Origin: Octopus bimaculoides
Lineage: Eukaryota
Assembly: GCF_001194135.2 (NCBI RefSeq)
Contig: NC_068998.1
Location: 34,899,875 to 34,963,874 of the forward strand
Length of the DNA stretch: 64,000 nt
Direction: 5' to 3'
A model generated the notes under the pieces. That model ran no database searches, was not told where the DNA came from, and worked only from the letters and a program-made list of their open reading frames with translations. Below are positions 36,396-50,691 of the stretch, piece after piece; the first letter of the stretch is position 1, and every line of letters starts with the position of its first letter. The position numbers and the translations under genes were made by a program.

Positions 36396-39300
36396 TATGT
36401 GTGTATCAATGCTGTTATGTAGTTATATTTTATATTTAACAATACAGCAATTAAACATCTTTCAATGTATTTAATTAGAGTACCACATATTTTTACAAAG
36501 AGAAGGTTGACAATGACGTCAAAGTTTTGCATGTCATTGACTTTGTCAGACTAAAGTTCTTTTTTTCTTTTTGTTTTTGGGTTTTTCAAGCTTTTTATAA
36601 ATTTTAGTTGATCATGTGGGTAAAGTTTAGTGATTGCAAGTTTTGTTTAATAATATACTGTTGTGAGATGAAAATAAAAATGTTTATGTTTATGACAGCT
36701 GGAATAAGAAGTTAATATAAATAAGTATATATTTTAAATATGTTAAACTGAAAGCTGAGAATTTTCGCTCGGTGTACATAAGATTACATGTTCAAATCAA
36801 GAGAAGATAAACAGTCTACTGTTTTTGTAAACTCACAATATTTCTTTTTATCATCATCATCATCATCCTCACCACTACCATTACTGCCACCACTGCCACC
36901 ACCACCATCCTCATTATTATTATTTAAGTGTTAAGATGAAAGAATTGTCAGTACATTGGAGAAAATTCTTAATGGAATTTCTTCTGCTTCTTTGTGTTCT
37001 GAGATGAAATTCCACTAACATTGACTTTGCCAGTCATCCTTGTGGCAAAATTTGAAACCATGGTTTTATAAAATAAGCGCCGGTCAAGTACTGGGGATTG
37101 ATGAAATTAGCTATACACCTCCCAGTAGAAAATATTGTCATTATCATCATCATCATAAAAACAGCAAGCTGGCAGAATCATTAGCATGTCAGGCAAATGC
37201 TTTGCAGCATTTTGACCAACTTTACATTTGGAGTTCAAATTCTGTGGAGGTCAACTTTGCCTTTCATTTTTGCGGGGTCAATAAAATAAGTATCATTTGT
37301 GTACTGGGATCAATGTAATCGACTTGCCCCTCCCTCAAGATTTCAGGTCTTGTGCCTATAATAAAAAGGATTATTATTATTATTATTACCATCATCATCA
37401 TCATCATCATCATCAATGCCTTACAGTAATTATGGCTATTTACATTTTGAGTTCAAATCCTGTTAGTTTTAACTTTGTCCTTCATCTTTCAAAAGTCAAT
37501 AAAATAAATACCAGTAAATTACTGATTTGGATTTAATCAGCTAAGACTTTCTCCAAAATTTTCAGATTTGTACTTAGTAAGAAATTATCATAATCATCAT
37601 TGTTATTTGTTATTAGTTGTCTCATTTCACTGGAGACTGAGTCTTTGAATTAATTTGCGTCACAGTTCTGGCAATAGTCTCTGTTAATTTCTTCTATTCA
37701 TCCAGAAGTAAAACAGTGATTTTGTTTCTCTGTTCTTCCTTTTTTTTTTTTTTCCTTCTTTTCATTGCTGAAATATGAAGATAATATTGTAAGTGAGAGG
37801 TGTATATGTTAACCGGCTCTACCAGCCAGTACTGCAGACACTACAAATAAATATTATCTGTTCAATAAATGACAATGATTTATTCCAAAACAATACAAAA
37901 CTAAAAGAACTTTTTGAAATAACATACTCATAACAAGTTATACTGGTAAAATAATTCCACTCCATTACACCATTGTGAATGCATTTTTATGATTTGCTTT
38001 TGTTAGTTTTGTTTGTTTTTACAGTCTACAATCAAATAGTCGCCAGTTAGTTGTTTAATAGTATTTGATCTTTGGATAATTATCTTAGATGAGATGTTTA
38101 CCAAACTTCAGTCCCTACACACATACACACACCCTCACATACACCTTATGTAAAAGCAAGCATACACACACACACTCACAATCTCACAGCCACACATTAA
38201 TTTATAAAAAATATAAAAATCGATGAAATCCTCTGTCAAAGAACAAACATTGTTAAATTATAAATAATAACATCAAAACAGTCTGAATGACTTCTATACC
38301 CAACGCCAACCCCATGAAAATATTCAGGTCCAATTAGAATTTTCAGAATTTGTTTCTTTTTAATTAATTGTTATTATTGTGGAATAGTCATGATGACTCT
38401 GCTTAATGAAACCCATGTTTCCTTTCAGTTAAAAAGGTAGCCTAAGATTTTTAGAACAGACTAAAAATGTTTTTTGAAGAAAGAAGGTGGAGTGGGTGCT
38501 TCTTAAGAGCATGAGTAAAACGAATAACTATATTGCAATGATAATGGATTATGTAAACAGGAAGCCACCATATGATCATTCAACCAGTTACAAGTATCAA
38601 TCAAATGCTCCATCAGATCATATCTCGTCATCTTAAAAAGAACACATTGACTTGATAGGTAATGGGATCCTGGATTTCACTATGCTTGAAGAAGAATGGG
38701 ATAATCATGGCTAGAATAACTTTCGTCATATGTTATCATGGTGAACCTGAAGCTAAACAGCAGCAACATCTATTATGAATAGAAGTTTCATCTTAAAGCT
38801 ACTTTTATCTGAACCATTTAAAAAGTTGTTAGGAGGTTTTTGAGAGAGAAGATTTGGTTTCTACAGTGAAAAGATCCAGTATGATCATTCAAGTTCTGTT
38901 ACCAAATGTGGGTCATCTTTATTTAAAATGGCTGGGAGTCTTCTGTAGTAGATTTGGACGTTACATTGTTCAGATTCAGTGATCACAAAAAATGATCGTT
39001 TGATGACTTAGCAAACACTGAGTAGTCTTAGTCTGATGCATGTCAAACAAATTAGATTAATCCTTTTCTACTCACAGAGACATGAAATACTTGGTGTAAG
39101 CACTTTGTTTACTTTTCACAATGAGACCAAAATGATTGAATACTTATTAGAAAGAAGGTGTCTTACATTCCAAACTACCCAAAAATGATGTGAAGTGCAT
39201 TCCAAATTGATTAAAGTCTCAGACTTGTCTCCCTGAAGATGAACTAATAGCCTGAAATGTTGAAGTGCAAAGAAACAGATTATCCAGGATGGAATGCAGT

Positions 39301-41599
39301 GGAGGATTTAGGGTGTAACTATCACCTACCTAATACCTTTACACACAATATAAAGATTAGTATGAAGAGGGAGATTTGGTAGCTATTCCATACAAATCAA
39401 GTACTGCATGAAAGTTGTTTTCTTACATGTGATTTCTTTCGTCTTACTTTGAGTATGTTTCAGAATAATTTAGTTATTCCACTAAGACAAGAAATCTTTC
39501 TATTCCATTTTTAAAATTGTTTTTTAAATGTCCTTTGAGATTTATGTGGAGAAGAGATCAATTGTTACTCAGAGGAATCAACTTCCCAGATGAGAATTCT
39601 AATCTAAATTAGATCTTGGTGTATAATGAAAGCTACAATTTTCCATTTGATCACACCATTACTATAATGTTTCACACCTTTCTATATAGTAATATATACA
39701 ATATTTCATATTGTATGTCATGAAATGTGTGAAGCGTTATATTCAAAATTAGGCCAGCAATACATGAAATGGAAGTTCATTTCCTTGGAAGGCTTTTCAT
39801 GTGTATTGTGTAAAAAAATTATTTGTAGCAGATACATGTAGCCTCTCCATGGAGAGGTTTCCCTACTTTTCTGTCATTTACTCAGCAGCAATGAAGGGTT
39901 ATGAGATAAAAGTTGACCTTACATTTTCCTAAAATGATTAGTTCTGTTAATGTTTATTTAGAAGAAAGATGATGGCTCCATAATAAGACTACTACAGTTT
40001 ATACATCAAGGTATTGGGTTCAAGAACTTGCTCCAATCTTGTGATTTACCTTCTATGAATTAGTATAATTTTGTAATGTGGCATAGGCCTGAAATTTACT
40101 GTCATCAAAATTGAGTTGCTGACAGTTAATCTTACCAATATGTTTTTGCCTAATTCTGTATTTGTCATCATAATTTTATCTGCGACTTCCATAGATCTGT
40201 TGTCTGGCTTTAAAAGGTCTCATTAATGCTGATAATTATCATTTCTCAGAGATATATAGATTGAGAGTGGAGATTATATGAGATTAAAAACAACGTCAGA
40301 ACAAACCTAGTTTTTACTTTATATACTTATTAACTCAAGAGACATTCAGGCTAAATCAGCTCTAACAAGATTGGATCTCAGAATAGAAAAAGACCAAATT
40401 AAATCCCACAAATTACTTAGTAAATAACTTCATCATTTTTGCTGATTCTGTCTCCTTTCAACAACAACAACACTAATAATCATAATTTCTAACATTGGCT
40501 TAAGACCACAAATTTGGGATAGGGGTATCTAAATATACTGATTCTAGTATATGACTAGTGCTTATTTTATGGGCTCTGAAAGGATGAAAAACAAGATTTT
40601 AGCACACAATGTAAGCATAATCCAATGCGTTGCCATTTCTGCTGTCCAACAATTTCTCAATAATTATAACAACGACTATTTTATTATAGTCACAAAAGGC
40701 TATAACTTGTTATTATTTTACAAATAAAAGTAAAACATCAAGAGCAAATTTAATTGAAATTTTCAATCTTCATTCAAATTGTCAAGATTTGAATTTATAT
40801 TGCTTTCTCCCTGAGGTCATTAGAAAAACAAATCTTTAAAGTTATACAATTAATATTTTAATTCTAATGAAAAGTAGATAACTTTTTTATTCAAATTAAT
40901 TTTTTGAAGAGATAATTGTTATTTCATGCTTTTAAACAAGAAATTAACATTACAATTAAAATTAAGTCCTTTAAAAAGGTGGCAAACTGGCAGAAATATT
41001 AGTAATCGGAGCAAAATGCTTAGCAGTATTTTGTCTGCCTTTACATTCCGAGTTCAAATTCTGCCGAGGTCAACTTTGCCTTTCATCCTTTTAGGGTCGA
41101 TAAATTAAGTGCCAGTTGCAAATTGGGGTCGATCTAATAGACTGGCCCCTACTCCCACAAAAGTTCAGGCCTTGTGCCTCAAGTAGAAAAGAATATAGTA
41201 CCTTATAATTTGTTGTTACTTAACTGCCTCCAATTGTTGTTATTGTGTAGCCCTAAGTCAGTCTCTGACAGAGCAAATTTAAGGCATAACAATTAACTAG
41301 ATGAGACCCTCCAACCAGTTGTTTTTTTTTTTTGACCCTTTCAATATGTCAAATTATTAATTCTTTAACCAGCATTCCAACTGTGACAATCTGGTGATCT
41401 TTTCTGCTATAACAGAAACTGCTTTATTCAATATATTCATCAGTTTTCAAGAGTGGTCAAATTTGAAGGAAATTTGGTTGTTATTACTCCTAACCATGTG
41501 TCCATATAGAATCTCCATTACTAACTCATTCTCCTCTTATAATTGTCTCCTGTGTAAGGAGTATAGTATTCTTGTATAGATTATTTGATAATATTTAAC

Positions 41600-41747
41600 C
41601 TGCTGGCAGTCATTATGTATGATGTCGATGAGGATAGGGGCAGAGGTAACTGGGGGGGATGACGGTGGTAGAGACATCCAAGGATGGTATCCACCTAACT
41701 GAGGTTGTCCTGTGTCTGATGAGTTTAACATAACATCAGACACAGTC
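41600..41747 (-). CDS. Candidate 148-nt internal coding exon (Ser/Pro-rich), gene unidentified
   Basis: tctggttctgattacag|G then 49 open codons TVSDVMLNSSDTGQPQLGGYHPWMSLPPSSPPVTSAPILIDIIHNDCQQ|gttaaat. It is a GC-richer, repeat-free island with plausible AG/GT boundaries; I recognise no homology. Confidence 0.4.
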
Positions 41748-43439
41748 CTGTAATCAGAACCAGAGTCCAGATCCAATTACAAGATCCAATTACATGATTG
41801 ATTGAATCTATTAACGATCTTTGCTCTGAAATTGAAAATAGGAGTGGCTTCTACAGTTTTATTTGAAAGAGCTGAACTGAGTATTGCAAGCTAACACAGA
41901 ATTTGCCAAATTTAAAGTCTACCAATGTTTACGATTATATGTTCTTCCTATTTTATGGCACCTATTTATGGTTAAGTTAAACCAAGTCATTTGTGAGTTC
42001 CTCCTTTCAGTAACAAAACCACCCATGACCACCTCTTGCCTAATACAAAACCTTGTTTTAATGTGTCAATACTCAAACTAAAATCTATCATAATTTTGTA
42101 TAAGAAACTTTTGTTAACTTGTGTAGGAAATATCAGTTGAGTTATTTTACTATCATTTCAAATCATTGATTATTTTCAAAACTAATTAAAACACATAGAC
42201 ACTGTATTTTATTGAAAATAGGGATCAATAAAGGGTTATGTGTGTTACTGACAGATGTAAAGCTAGCATCATAGTAACTCAGCCATCAGTTATTTCACAA
42301 GTAGTTGCAGGCTGCCTCAGAGTTTTGAAAGCAAAAGTGTAATTTTTTCTTTTAATAAAGAAAATTGTTTAGCCTCACTGTCAAAATTAAATAAAATGGT
42401 TAATTTGTTGCACCGCAGGATTTATTTCTCTATAGGCTGAAAAAGATGGGGTTAATTTAACTTGTCTTCTTAGATATTAATCAGAAAAAGCATAGCCAAC
42501 TTCTGTCCATTAAGTGATCAGTAGTTTAATTATTTATAATGCATCTAAACGGCAACTCAACCAAATGGGTTTGTCTGATTTGCATAACAGTATATGTGCT
42601 GACCATGTAGATTAATTTATCAATTTATTGTGCAATACACAGATGTTTTGATATTTTTGCAATGATAGCTGTAAGCTAGTAATAATCTCTTTATAGACAA
42701 AACGGATTTCTTTCCTTGAGAAATATTTAACAAGACTCAAAACTAGTCAAGCCAATTCCATTTCTTTCTATTTATGAAGTGTTAAAAACCACACTGTTTA
42801 GTTTTTTTCAGTGAGGTGAAAAGTTGTATGTTTATAAAAAAGGAAAAAAAATTTTAAAACTGGTTATCTTACTTTTCATATCATCCAAAAATGCAGTATA
42901 ATATAGAATGAATGAATTAAAATCTCTGCATGGAATGTTGGGACCGGATAAAACAATAAATTATCCAGGGTAGAATGCAATGATTAGATACTGGGTATAA
43001 CTATTAGTCACCTACCTTCACTCACACACACACTCTCAATTGTTAGCTAGTTGTCATGACAACCAAAAGCAAATATCAAGTAATATAGTTGGCACTATAA
43101 GCTATCAGCTACATTTTGCTGCTATAATATTTTTAAATGTTGTTGATAGTTCACTGTATTTTTTACTTACTGTTTTTTGCTTTAGTTTTGCTTTTTTTTT
43201 TTATAAACTGGCCCAAACTTATCAAAGAACAAAAGAGCCTCAAAGGGGAAATAAATTTAATCTATGTCATGGATGGAATTCATAAAAAGAATATTCTATC
43301 ATTAAAATGCAAGTCACTAACATGGGGAAATTGAAGAAGAGAAAAACTTGAAACAGTTTATATATCATTTTAGTTGCATACAAAGATCTCTAGTTGTAGT
43401 CGACACTTTAATACAGAAATATATAAAAAAAAGAACACC

Positions 43440-43478
<39 letters not shown>

Positions 43479-43804
43479 GAAAAATAAGCTAAAATACAAA
43501 AATATATTACCATAATTAGTATCTAAGTCATATTACAACAAAGTTTTTTTATTTTACTTTTTTGCTTTTCACCCCCACTGTCTCTGTCTTATTAGGAAAT
43601 TTGTAAAAAGAAGAAAAATGTATTTTACAATGTAAGTTCTTGATGGGAAATACATAAAAATCAATATCAATGCTGATTCCATTTTTAAGTGTTACATCTT
43701 TTGTTTATCTTCTTTCTTTATCTTTTGTTATATTCAACAAATTTAGAGTAAGTAATAGTATATTTCACTTTATTCTTACAATAACAGTAAAACATTAAAA
43801 AAAG

Positions 43805-43841
<37 letters not shown>

Positions 43842-43858
43842 TAATGATGATGATAATG

Positions 43859-43896
<38 letters not shown>

Positions 43897-44229
43897 GGTA
43901 TGCAAATTAATTATAGAAAATAGAGTTTGGTGAGGTGGGGGAATCAGTTCAATGTTTATTTTCAATATAATATACAAAAGGTATTGATTCCTTTTAGCCA
44001 GACATAAGACTGATTCTAACAAAGCTGGGGTATAGTAAATTGACTCAGTTGAAATGTGTTACTGGCATCTATTTCACTGACTCTCATACCTAAAAGGATT
44101 TAAAACAAGTTGAACACCAACTTATTACTGGTACTTGTATCTTTGACTGCTGAAAGTTTTCAAGGTACCCCTAACCTCAGAAAACTGACAACTTAAAATG
44201 TAGATGGAGGAAAAAAAAAATACAGCAAT

Positions 44230-45800
44230 TCGGTGTTACAGCTTGCTAAGTTACTACTATTAAGGGAGATGGTTACAATGTTACAATTATGTAACAATTG
44301 ATTGTAGGGATTGTTCCAGTCGGTGTTATAGTAACAATTTACATTCAAACGTAACAGTTGTGTTACATTTGATAGTAAAAATTGTTAGTGTTACATTTGA
44401 TAGTAAAAATTGTTAGTGTTACAATTGATAGTAAGGACTGTTACAGACATGCAGACTGTAACAGTACAGTAACATAACTGTGTTACAGTTTATAGTGAAG
44501 CTTGTTAGAATGTTACAATTGATGATAATAGTCACTGCTAATAGTCACTGTTATAATTTTGTTGAAATTGTGTTAAAGATTGTTATAGTCAGCATTACAA
44601 TCACGTTATGATTGTGTTACATTTGACAGTGAAGTTACAGTCATTCATCATCATCATCATCGTTTAACGTCCGCTTTCCATGCTAGCATGGGTTGGACGA
44701 TTTGACTGAGGACTGGTGAAACCGGATGGCAACACCAGGCTCCAGTCTGATTTGGCAGAGTTTCTACAGCTGGATGCCCTTCCTAACGCCAACCACTCAG
44801 AGAGTGTAGTGGGTGCTTTTACGTGTCACCCGCACGAAAACGGCCACGCTCGAAATGGTGTCTTTTATGTGCCACCCGCACAAGCCAGTCCAGGGGCACT
44901 GGCAACGATCTCGCTCGAAAATCCTACAGGAGCCAGTCAGGCGGTACTGGCAACGGCCACGCNNNNNNNNNNNNNNNNNNNNNNNNNNNNNNNNNNNNNN
45001 NNNNNNNNNNNNNNNNNNNNNNNNNNNNNNNNNNNNNNNNNNNNNNNNNNNNNNNNNNNNNNNNNNNNNNNNNNNNNNNNNNNNNNNNNNNNNNNNNNNN
45101 NNNNNNNNCTTTTTCACGCAGCTATCCTCCTCCATTCTCACCACATGTCCATACCAGCGCAATCGTCTCTCTTGCACGCCACAACTGATGCTTCTAATGT
45201 TCAGCTTTTCTCTCAAGATACTTACACTCTGACGGGTATTCACATTGACATTACACATCCAACGGAGCATACTGGCTTCATTCCTTGCGAGCTTACGTAT
45301 GTCCTCAGCAGTTACAGCCCATGTTTCACTGCCATGTAGCATGGTTGTTCGTACGCATGCGTCATACAGTCTGCCTTTTACTCTGAGTGAGAGTCCCTTT
45401 GTCGCCAGCAGGGGTAAGAGCTCTCTAAACTTTGCCCAGGCTATTCTTATTCTAGCAGCTACACTTTCAGCGCACAATTATATTACATTTGTTTTACAAT
45501 TGATCTCAGGGATTATTTCAACCAGTGTTACACTTAAGTAAGACTTGATAGTGGTGATTGTTAGTCAGAGTTAAATTGCATTACAACTGATAATAGATTT
45601 GTTAAGAGTCATTGTAACAATCATGTTAAAATTGTGATAAATACGATACATATATATTAAAATTGTATTATAATTATGATACACTTGAAGGTAAAGATTG
45701 TTACAATCAGTGTTACATAACATTTGTGTTACAGTTGTTAGTAGGGATTGATTCAGTTAGTGTTACAGCTGTTTTACAATTGATGGCGAAGAATGTTTTT
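44230..45800 (+). repeat. Degenerate GTTACA-rich minisatellite interrupted by an RTE insertion
   Basis: Dense tgttaca/gtaac motifs at 44230-44640 and 45480-45800; a 28-bp unit gtgttacatttgatagtaaaaattgtta occurs 2-3 times at ~44360-44430. Confidence 0.65.
44641..45470 (-). mobile_element. Young 5'-truncated RTE LINE: RT C-terminus, 3' UTR and (GAT)n tail
   Basis: Open minus frame ARIRIAWAKFRELLPLL..KGLSLRVKGRLYDACVRTTMLHGSETW...QERRLRWYGHVVRM, then an N gap, hairpin-module 3' UTR and CATGCTAGCATGGAAAGCGGACGTTAAAC(GAT)n. Confidence 0.9.
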
Positions 45801-46909
45801 TATCGGAGCTACAATCGATTAAAACAATATATATTATAAGAAAAGTGATTGAAACCGAGACATTATGTGTAGTTTATGTGCTAGACTTCCACAAAAATGA
45901 TTTCAAAAGATTTAAACTATAAATATCCATTTTTACCTATTTGATAAATATTACATTATGTAAAAAGAAGGTTTATTAATTTATACAAAAATGTACAGCA
46001 ATAGATTGTGTGGTTTCTACCTCTATTCTTATTCGAATTTAAACAATAGTTTACTATATGCTTTCTCACAGTTATTTTACATATATGCATTCATTTACAC
46101 ATGCTCACACAACACACATACATACAACGCAAACACATACAACACACACACATGCACACACAGTGCATACATACAACACCCACACACATAACAGTTGCAG
46201 TATTTTTATGTCTGTTCTATGGGATATTTTGTTTTGACATAGTTTCTACATACATGCATAAGTATGTATGTACACACATATAACATACACACACATGCAT
46301 ACACATGCACACACGCATGCACACACACACACATGCACACACACACATGCACACACACATGCATACAGGATGCATTAATGAAGTTGCGGCTTCAAGAGGT
46401 TGTGAAAAAGACAGAAGCTTCATGTGTGTATGTGTGTGTGTGCGTGTGTGTGTGTGTGTGTGTCTGTGTATCTATGTGTCTGTCTCATTGATACCCCAAC
46501 ATCAGCTCTAATGCAACCACACCAGACTATAAAAATAGATGAATAAATAAATAAGTAAATAAATAAATAAATAAATAGAACTACTTTGCATTAATGAAAC
46601 TCATAAACAACCATTTCTGCTATCTATCATACCAAACCTACCTCACCAGATACTAGCCAAGTGTCTGATAGTTTATCTGTTTAATTGCATTTTTGACCAA
46701 ACAGCTTTATGTAATAACCCCAGCCCACTTACATTCATACAAACTCATATGAAAATACTAAATATAAATGGATCACCCAACAAGACATGCTCACATACAC
46801 TCACCGATAGGCATGCACACATACACACACATGTGCGCATGCACACACTATTCCTCTAAGTATAGTGCCTCCATTACCCTATTAGAGAGAACCTCCAGTT
46901 TTTTTACTT

Positions 46910-46959
46910 TCACATTCTGATGATTCCAGATAAGAATGAAACTAATAGTCATTGCATGA
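46910..46959 (+). ncRNA. Compact type-I hammerhead motif related to 33646-33722
   Basis: tca-catt CTGATGA ttc-cagataa-gaa-t GAAA ctaatag TC attg-ca-tga. Stem III ACUA/UAGU, GUC at 46948-46950. Confidence 0.65.
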
Positions 46960-47064
46960 CCTTCACCTTTCAATAATCACAATATAGCTTATCCTACAAA
47001 GGAATTGAATCACCTCTAACTAAGAGGTACTATTTAGTATTCTCTATGTATTATTTGTGAGACA

Positions 47065-47340
47065 TGTGACTTAGTGGCTACAATATATGGCTCACGATTG
47101 TTAAGTCATGGGTTTGCTTCCTCACAGTGCATTGTGTCCTTGAGCAAGACACTATTTCATATGCCTCCAGTTCATTTACCTGGCAGAAATGAATAACACC
47201 TGTATTTCATTGGGGCCAGCCTTTTCACATCCTGTGTCATGCTGAATCTCAACAAGAACTACATTAAGGGTATACATATCCGTGTTGTACTCAGCCACTT
47301 GCATGCTAATTTCATGAGCAGGCTGTCCCATTGATCAGAT
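47065..47340 (+). mobile_element. tRNA-derived CORE-type SINE (family C); other copies 47960-48200 (+) and 48690-48890 (-)
   Basis: ggcttagtggttagggcatt...ggtttcaattcc...tgtgtc-ttgagcaa-gcactt...ctccagttcatt-agctggca; contains A/B boxes and a CORE-like CCTTGAGCAAG. Confidence 0.7.
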
Positions 47341-47756
47341 TAACTGTAATCCTCATTATCATAACTACTAAATAGAGAGTCAGTTGTATTATTATGCATG
47401 TAAATATGCTCTCATGCCTGCATACATGTATGTATGTGTGCATACGTATATGTACACTTGCATGTATGCATGCATACATGTATAATCTATATTTGAAAGG
47501 TTCATTATGACTTGCAAGAAGCTTCAAGAAGATAACTACTTCTAGAATAATCAGCATTTAGGATGTGAACTTTAAAAGCAACTTTGATGTCTCCTAGATT
47601 AAAGCATCTTGCAAGTTGTAAGTAATATTTCACATTTAAAAAACACATTCTGCCTTTAGATACATTGGTATTATTTGATGTTCAGAACCTTATCTATATG
47701 AATAAGGGCACCTGCATTACTATATATATATATATATATATAAATAATATGTATAT

Positions 47757-47824
<68 letters not shown>

Positions 47825-48563
47825 CATATATGCATATATACATACATATACATATATATACACACACACATGTGCACGCACACACACATGTGCACGCACA
47901 CACACACATATATATATGTAAGTAAAGTTAATATGAGATATATATGTATTGGGGAAACTCATGGCTTAGTGGTTAGGGCATTGCACTCATAGTCATAAGA
48001 TTGTGGTTTCAATTCCTGGACCAGGCAATGCATTGTGTCTTGAGCAAAGTACTTTACTCTTTGTTTCTCCAGTTCATTAAGCTGGCAAAGATGAATAACC
48101 TTGCAACAAACTAGCATCCCATCCAGGAGGAATATATCTCTCACAGAATTGAGGCAATAAACCTTATGAGCTTATGACTCAGGAAAGACATTTGATTCTT
48201 TTTTATGTATGTATGTATGTATCATTAGTCATATAGCTAAGGACTCTGCAAACAAAAAGCTACCCAAGGTACTTACTTGAAGGGAGAGCATATTATCACA
48301 TGTATATATATTTATATATGGCAAGAAGAAAATGGAGGGAATCCAGAGGTAGTACTCATCAGCTGTTAGACATTATATTATGTGTATTTATTTGTTTTAA
48401 ACAGTTAAGATAATATATAAATACATGTGCAAAGTATTAGTAATTTCTAGAATAGAGAAAGAAGAGCAATTTCTTACAGCTGTTTCAGCCAAGAGGCCAC
48501 AGTACCCCATATATTATTTCCTTTAGTTGGTTGGATTCACAACCTCTAACTTTCTTTGAATTA

Positions 48564-48599
<36 letters not shown>

Positions 48600-49759
48600 A
48601 CTCTTCCGTTGAAGATGACATATGAGCATTCAACTTGCCAAGCGACCTACACAAATGATTTGTTTATAGTGATCAAATATTCATGCCACACATTAGCTCA
48701 CTCCCTCCATCAAATCAACATTGTCTGAACAGGTGCACTTTGTACCATGCACCAGGTATCGAAGTGATAATTAGAGTAATGTATGATAAAAGTATTTTGC
48801 TCAAGAATACAACACACCATCTGGTCTAGGAATTGAAACCATGGTCTTGTAATCATGAGTACAACACCCTAGCCACTAGGCTATGTGCCCTCATATATAT
48901 ATATATATACCTAAGTATGCATATACAAGTGTATACACACACACAGATACACATGTGCAGGTATGGCTGTTCCAGTACTGAGCTTGCTCACAGATAGTAC
49001 TCGAATGATGTCCTATCTGCATGCGAATGTCTTCACATAATACCATCTGAGCAAAATGATTAATGTCATGTAGCTGTACCTATGTATCTAATACGTTCTG
49101 TAGCTCAGCATTTTCTATGGCAAAGCAAAGATATCCCTTAATGAAAAACAGATGACAACTGACAACAGGTAGAGCATCAATTCATTAAAAAAACTGCCTC
49201 AATAAGTCCCCATAAGACTCATGCCATCATAGAAAAATGGATATAAAATGAAAAAACAAATGAACTAACACATGTACATGAAAATCATTGACATAAAATG
49301 TTCATCATCTTCACATTCTGTCAATTCCTGATGCCAACACCACTGGTAATGAATTAGTTGCACTAAGCTATCAGCATATGCAACAAATTTAAAAAGCTGA
49401 TTGTTCAAATATCTCCTATGACTTTCACTTTCAAAAGTGCATTCAACCAATGAGCAGACCAATGGAGCCAAGTTAAATAGACAGATATACTGTCTGAGCA
49501 TCAGAGACAAACTTTTCGTGAACTATGATTTTGACATCTTCATTGCTTTTTTAATCCTTGAATGTATGCAATTAAAAAAATATTTTTGAAAATGTGTTAT
49601 TCTGAAGTTCCTGATTGTTCTGAATATCCAATTTCTTACTTTTTTTCAAGAATGAGGTGTGTGTGTGCATGTATATGTATGTGTGTGTATGTATGTTTGT
49701 TTGTGTGTGTATGTATGTTTGTTTGTGTGAGTGTGTGTGGAAAGAAGCTAAAACATAGA

Positions 49760-50472
49760 GTAAACCAGAGAGACAAGAAAAAGTAAATGAAAGAGCAATG
49801 AAAAGAATCTAAGAGAAAGACAAAGTGACAGAGAAAGAGGGATAGAGAGAGAGAGAGAGAGAGAAAGAGTCAGACAGACAGACAAACAGACACAGAGACA
49901 TGGAAATACTATTAAAAAGAAAGGCAGATAGATAGATAGATTATATAGATAGATAGATAGATTATATAGATAGATAAATAGATAGATAGATAGGCAGGTA
50001 GACAGACAGACAGCTGGAAATACAGATAAGTATTAAGAAAGGTACATGGATATTCAGACTGAAAGACAGACAGATAGACAGGCAGGCAGAAAAGCAGGCA
50101 AGCAGATTGACAGGCAGGCAAACAGGCACACAGACAGACAGACAATCAAACAGACATGGACTAACGGATAAGCATTCATCAGATGTATAGATATTTGAGA
50201 AACATAATGAAATGGATGAGAATATGAAAGGAAATGAGCATGAAGAGTGAGAAAGAAGTAATGAAAGAAGAACAATAGCAGAAGACATAGAGTTTGATGA
50301 ACAGAGGCAGACATTAGTGAGAGCATGACTTTTTGTGAACCACAAGTTTTTGTCATTTTTATTGTAATCATCAGATTAAAGATAATAGATAGATAAATGG
50401 CTGAATCAATTGATTAATTGATAAATAGATACATGGTTAGATAATAGATAGACAGAGAGAGAGAGAGAAAGA

Positions 50473-50529
<57 letters not shown>

Positions 50530-50651
50530 ATAGAGAAAGAGAATGTGTGTGTGTGTGTTAGTGTGTGATAGAGAGAGAGGGTAGTAAAGTAGGTAGGTAG
50601 GAAGATAAGGAGATTGACAAACTGATAGGTAGGTAGATAGATAGATGGATG

Positions 50652-50691
<40 letters not shown>

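Noticed and set aside
41711-41744. 11-bp hairpin tgtgtctgatg/catcagacaca
   Set aside because: Short, isolated and inside the exon candidate; there is no ribozyme or miRNA-length stem.
44797-44961. HDV-like or twister ribozyme in the RTE 3' UTR modules
   Set aside because: I could not place the P1/P1.1/P3-L3 or twister conserved nucleotides by eye; kept only as an unexplained structured repeat.
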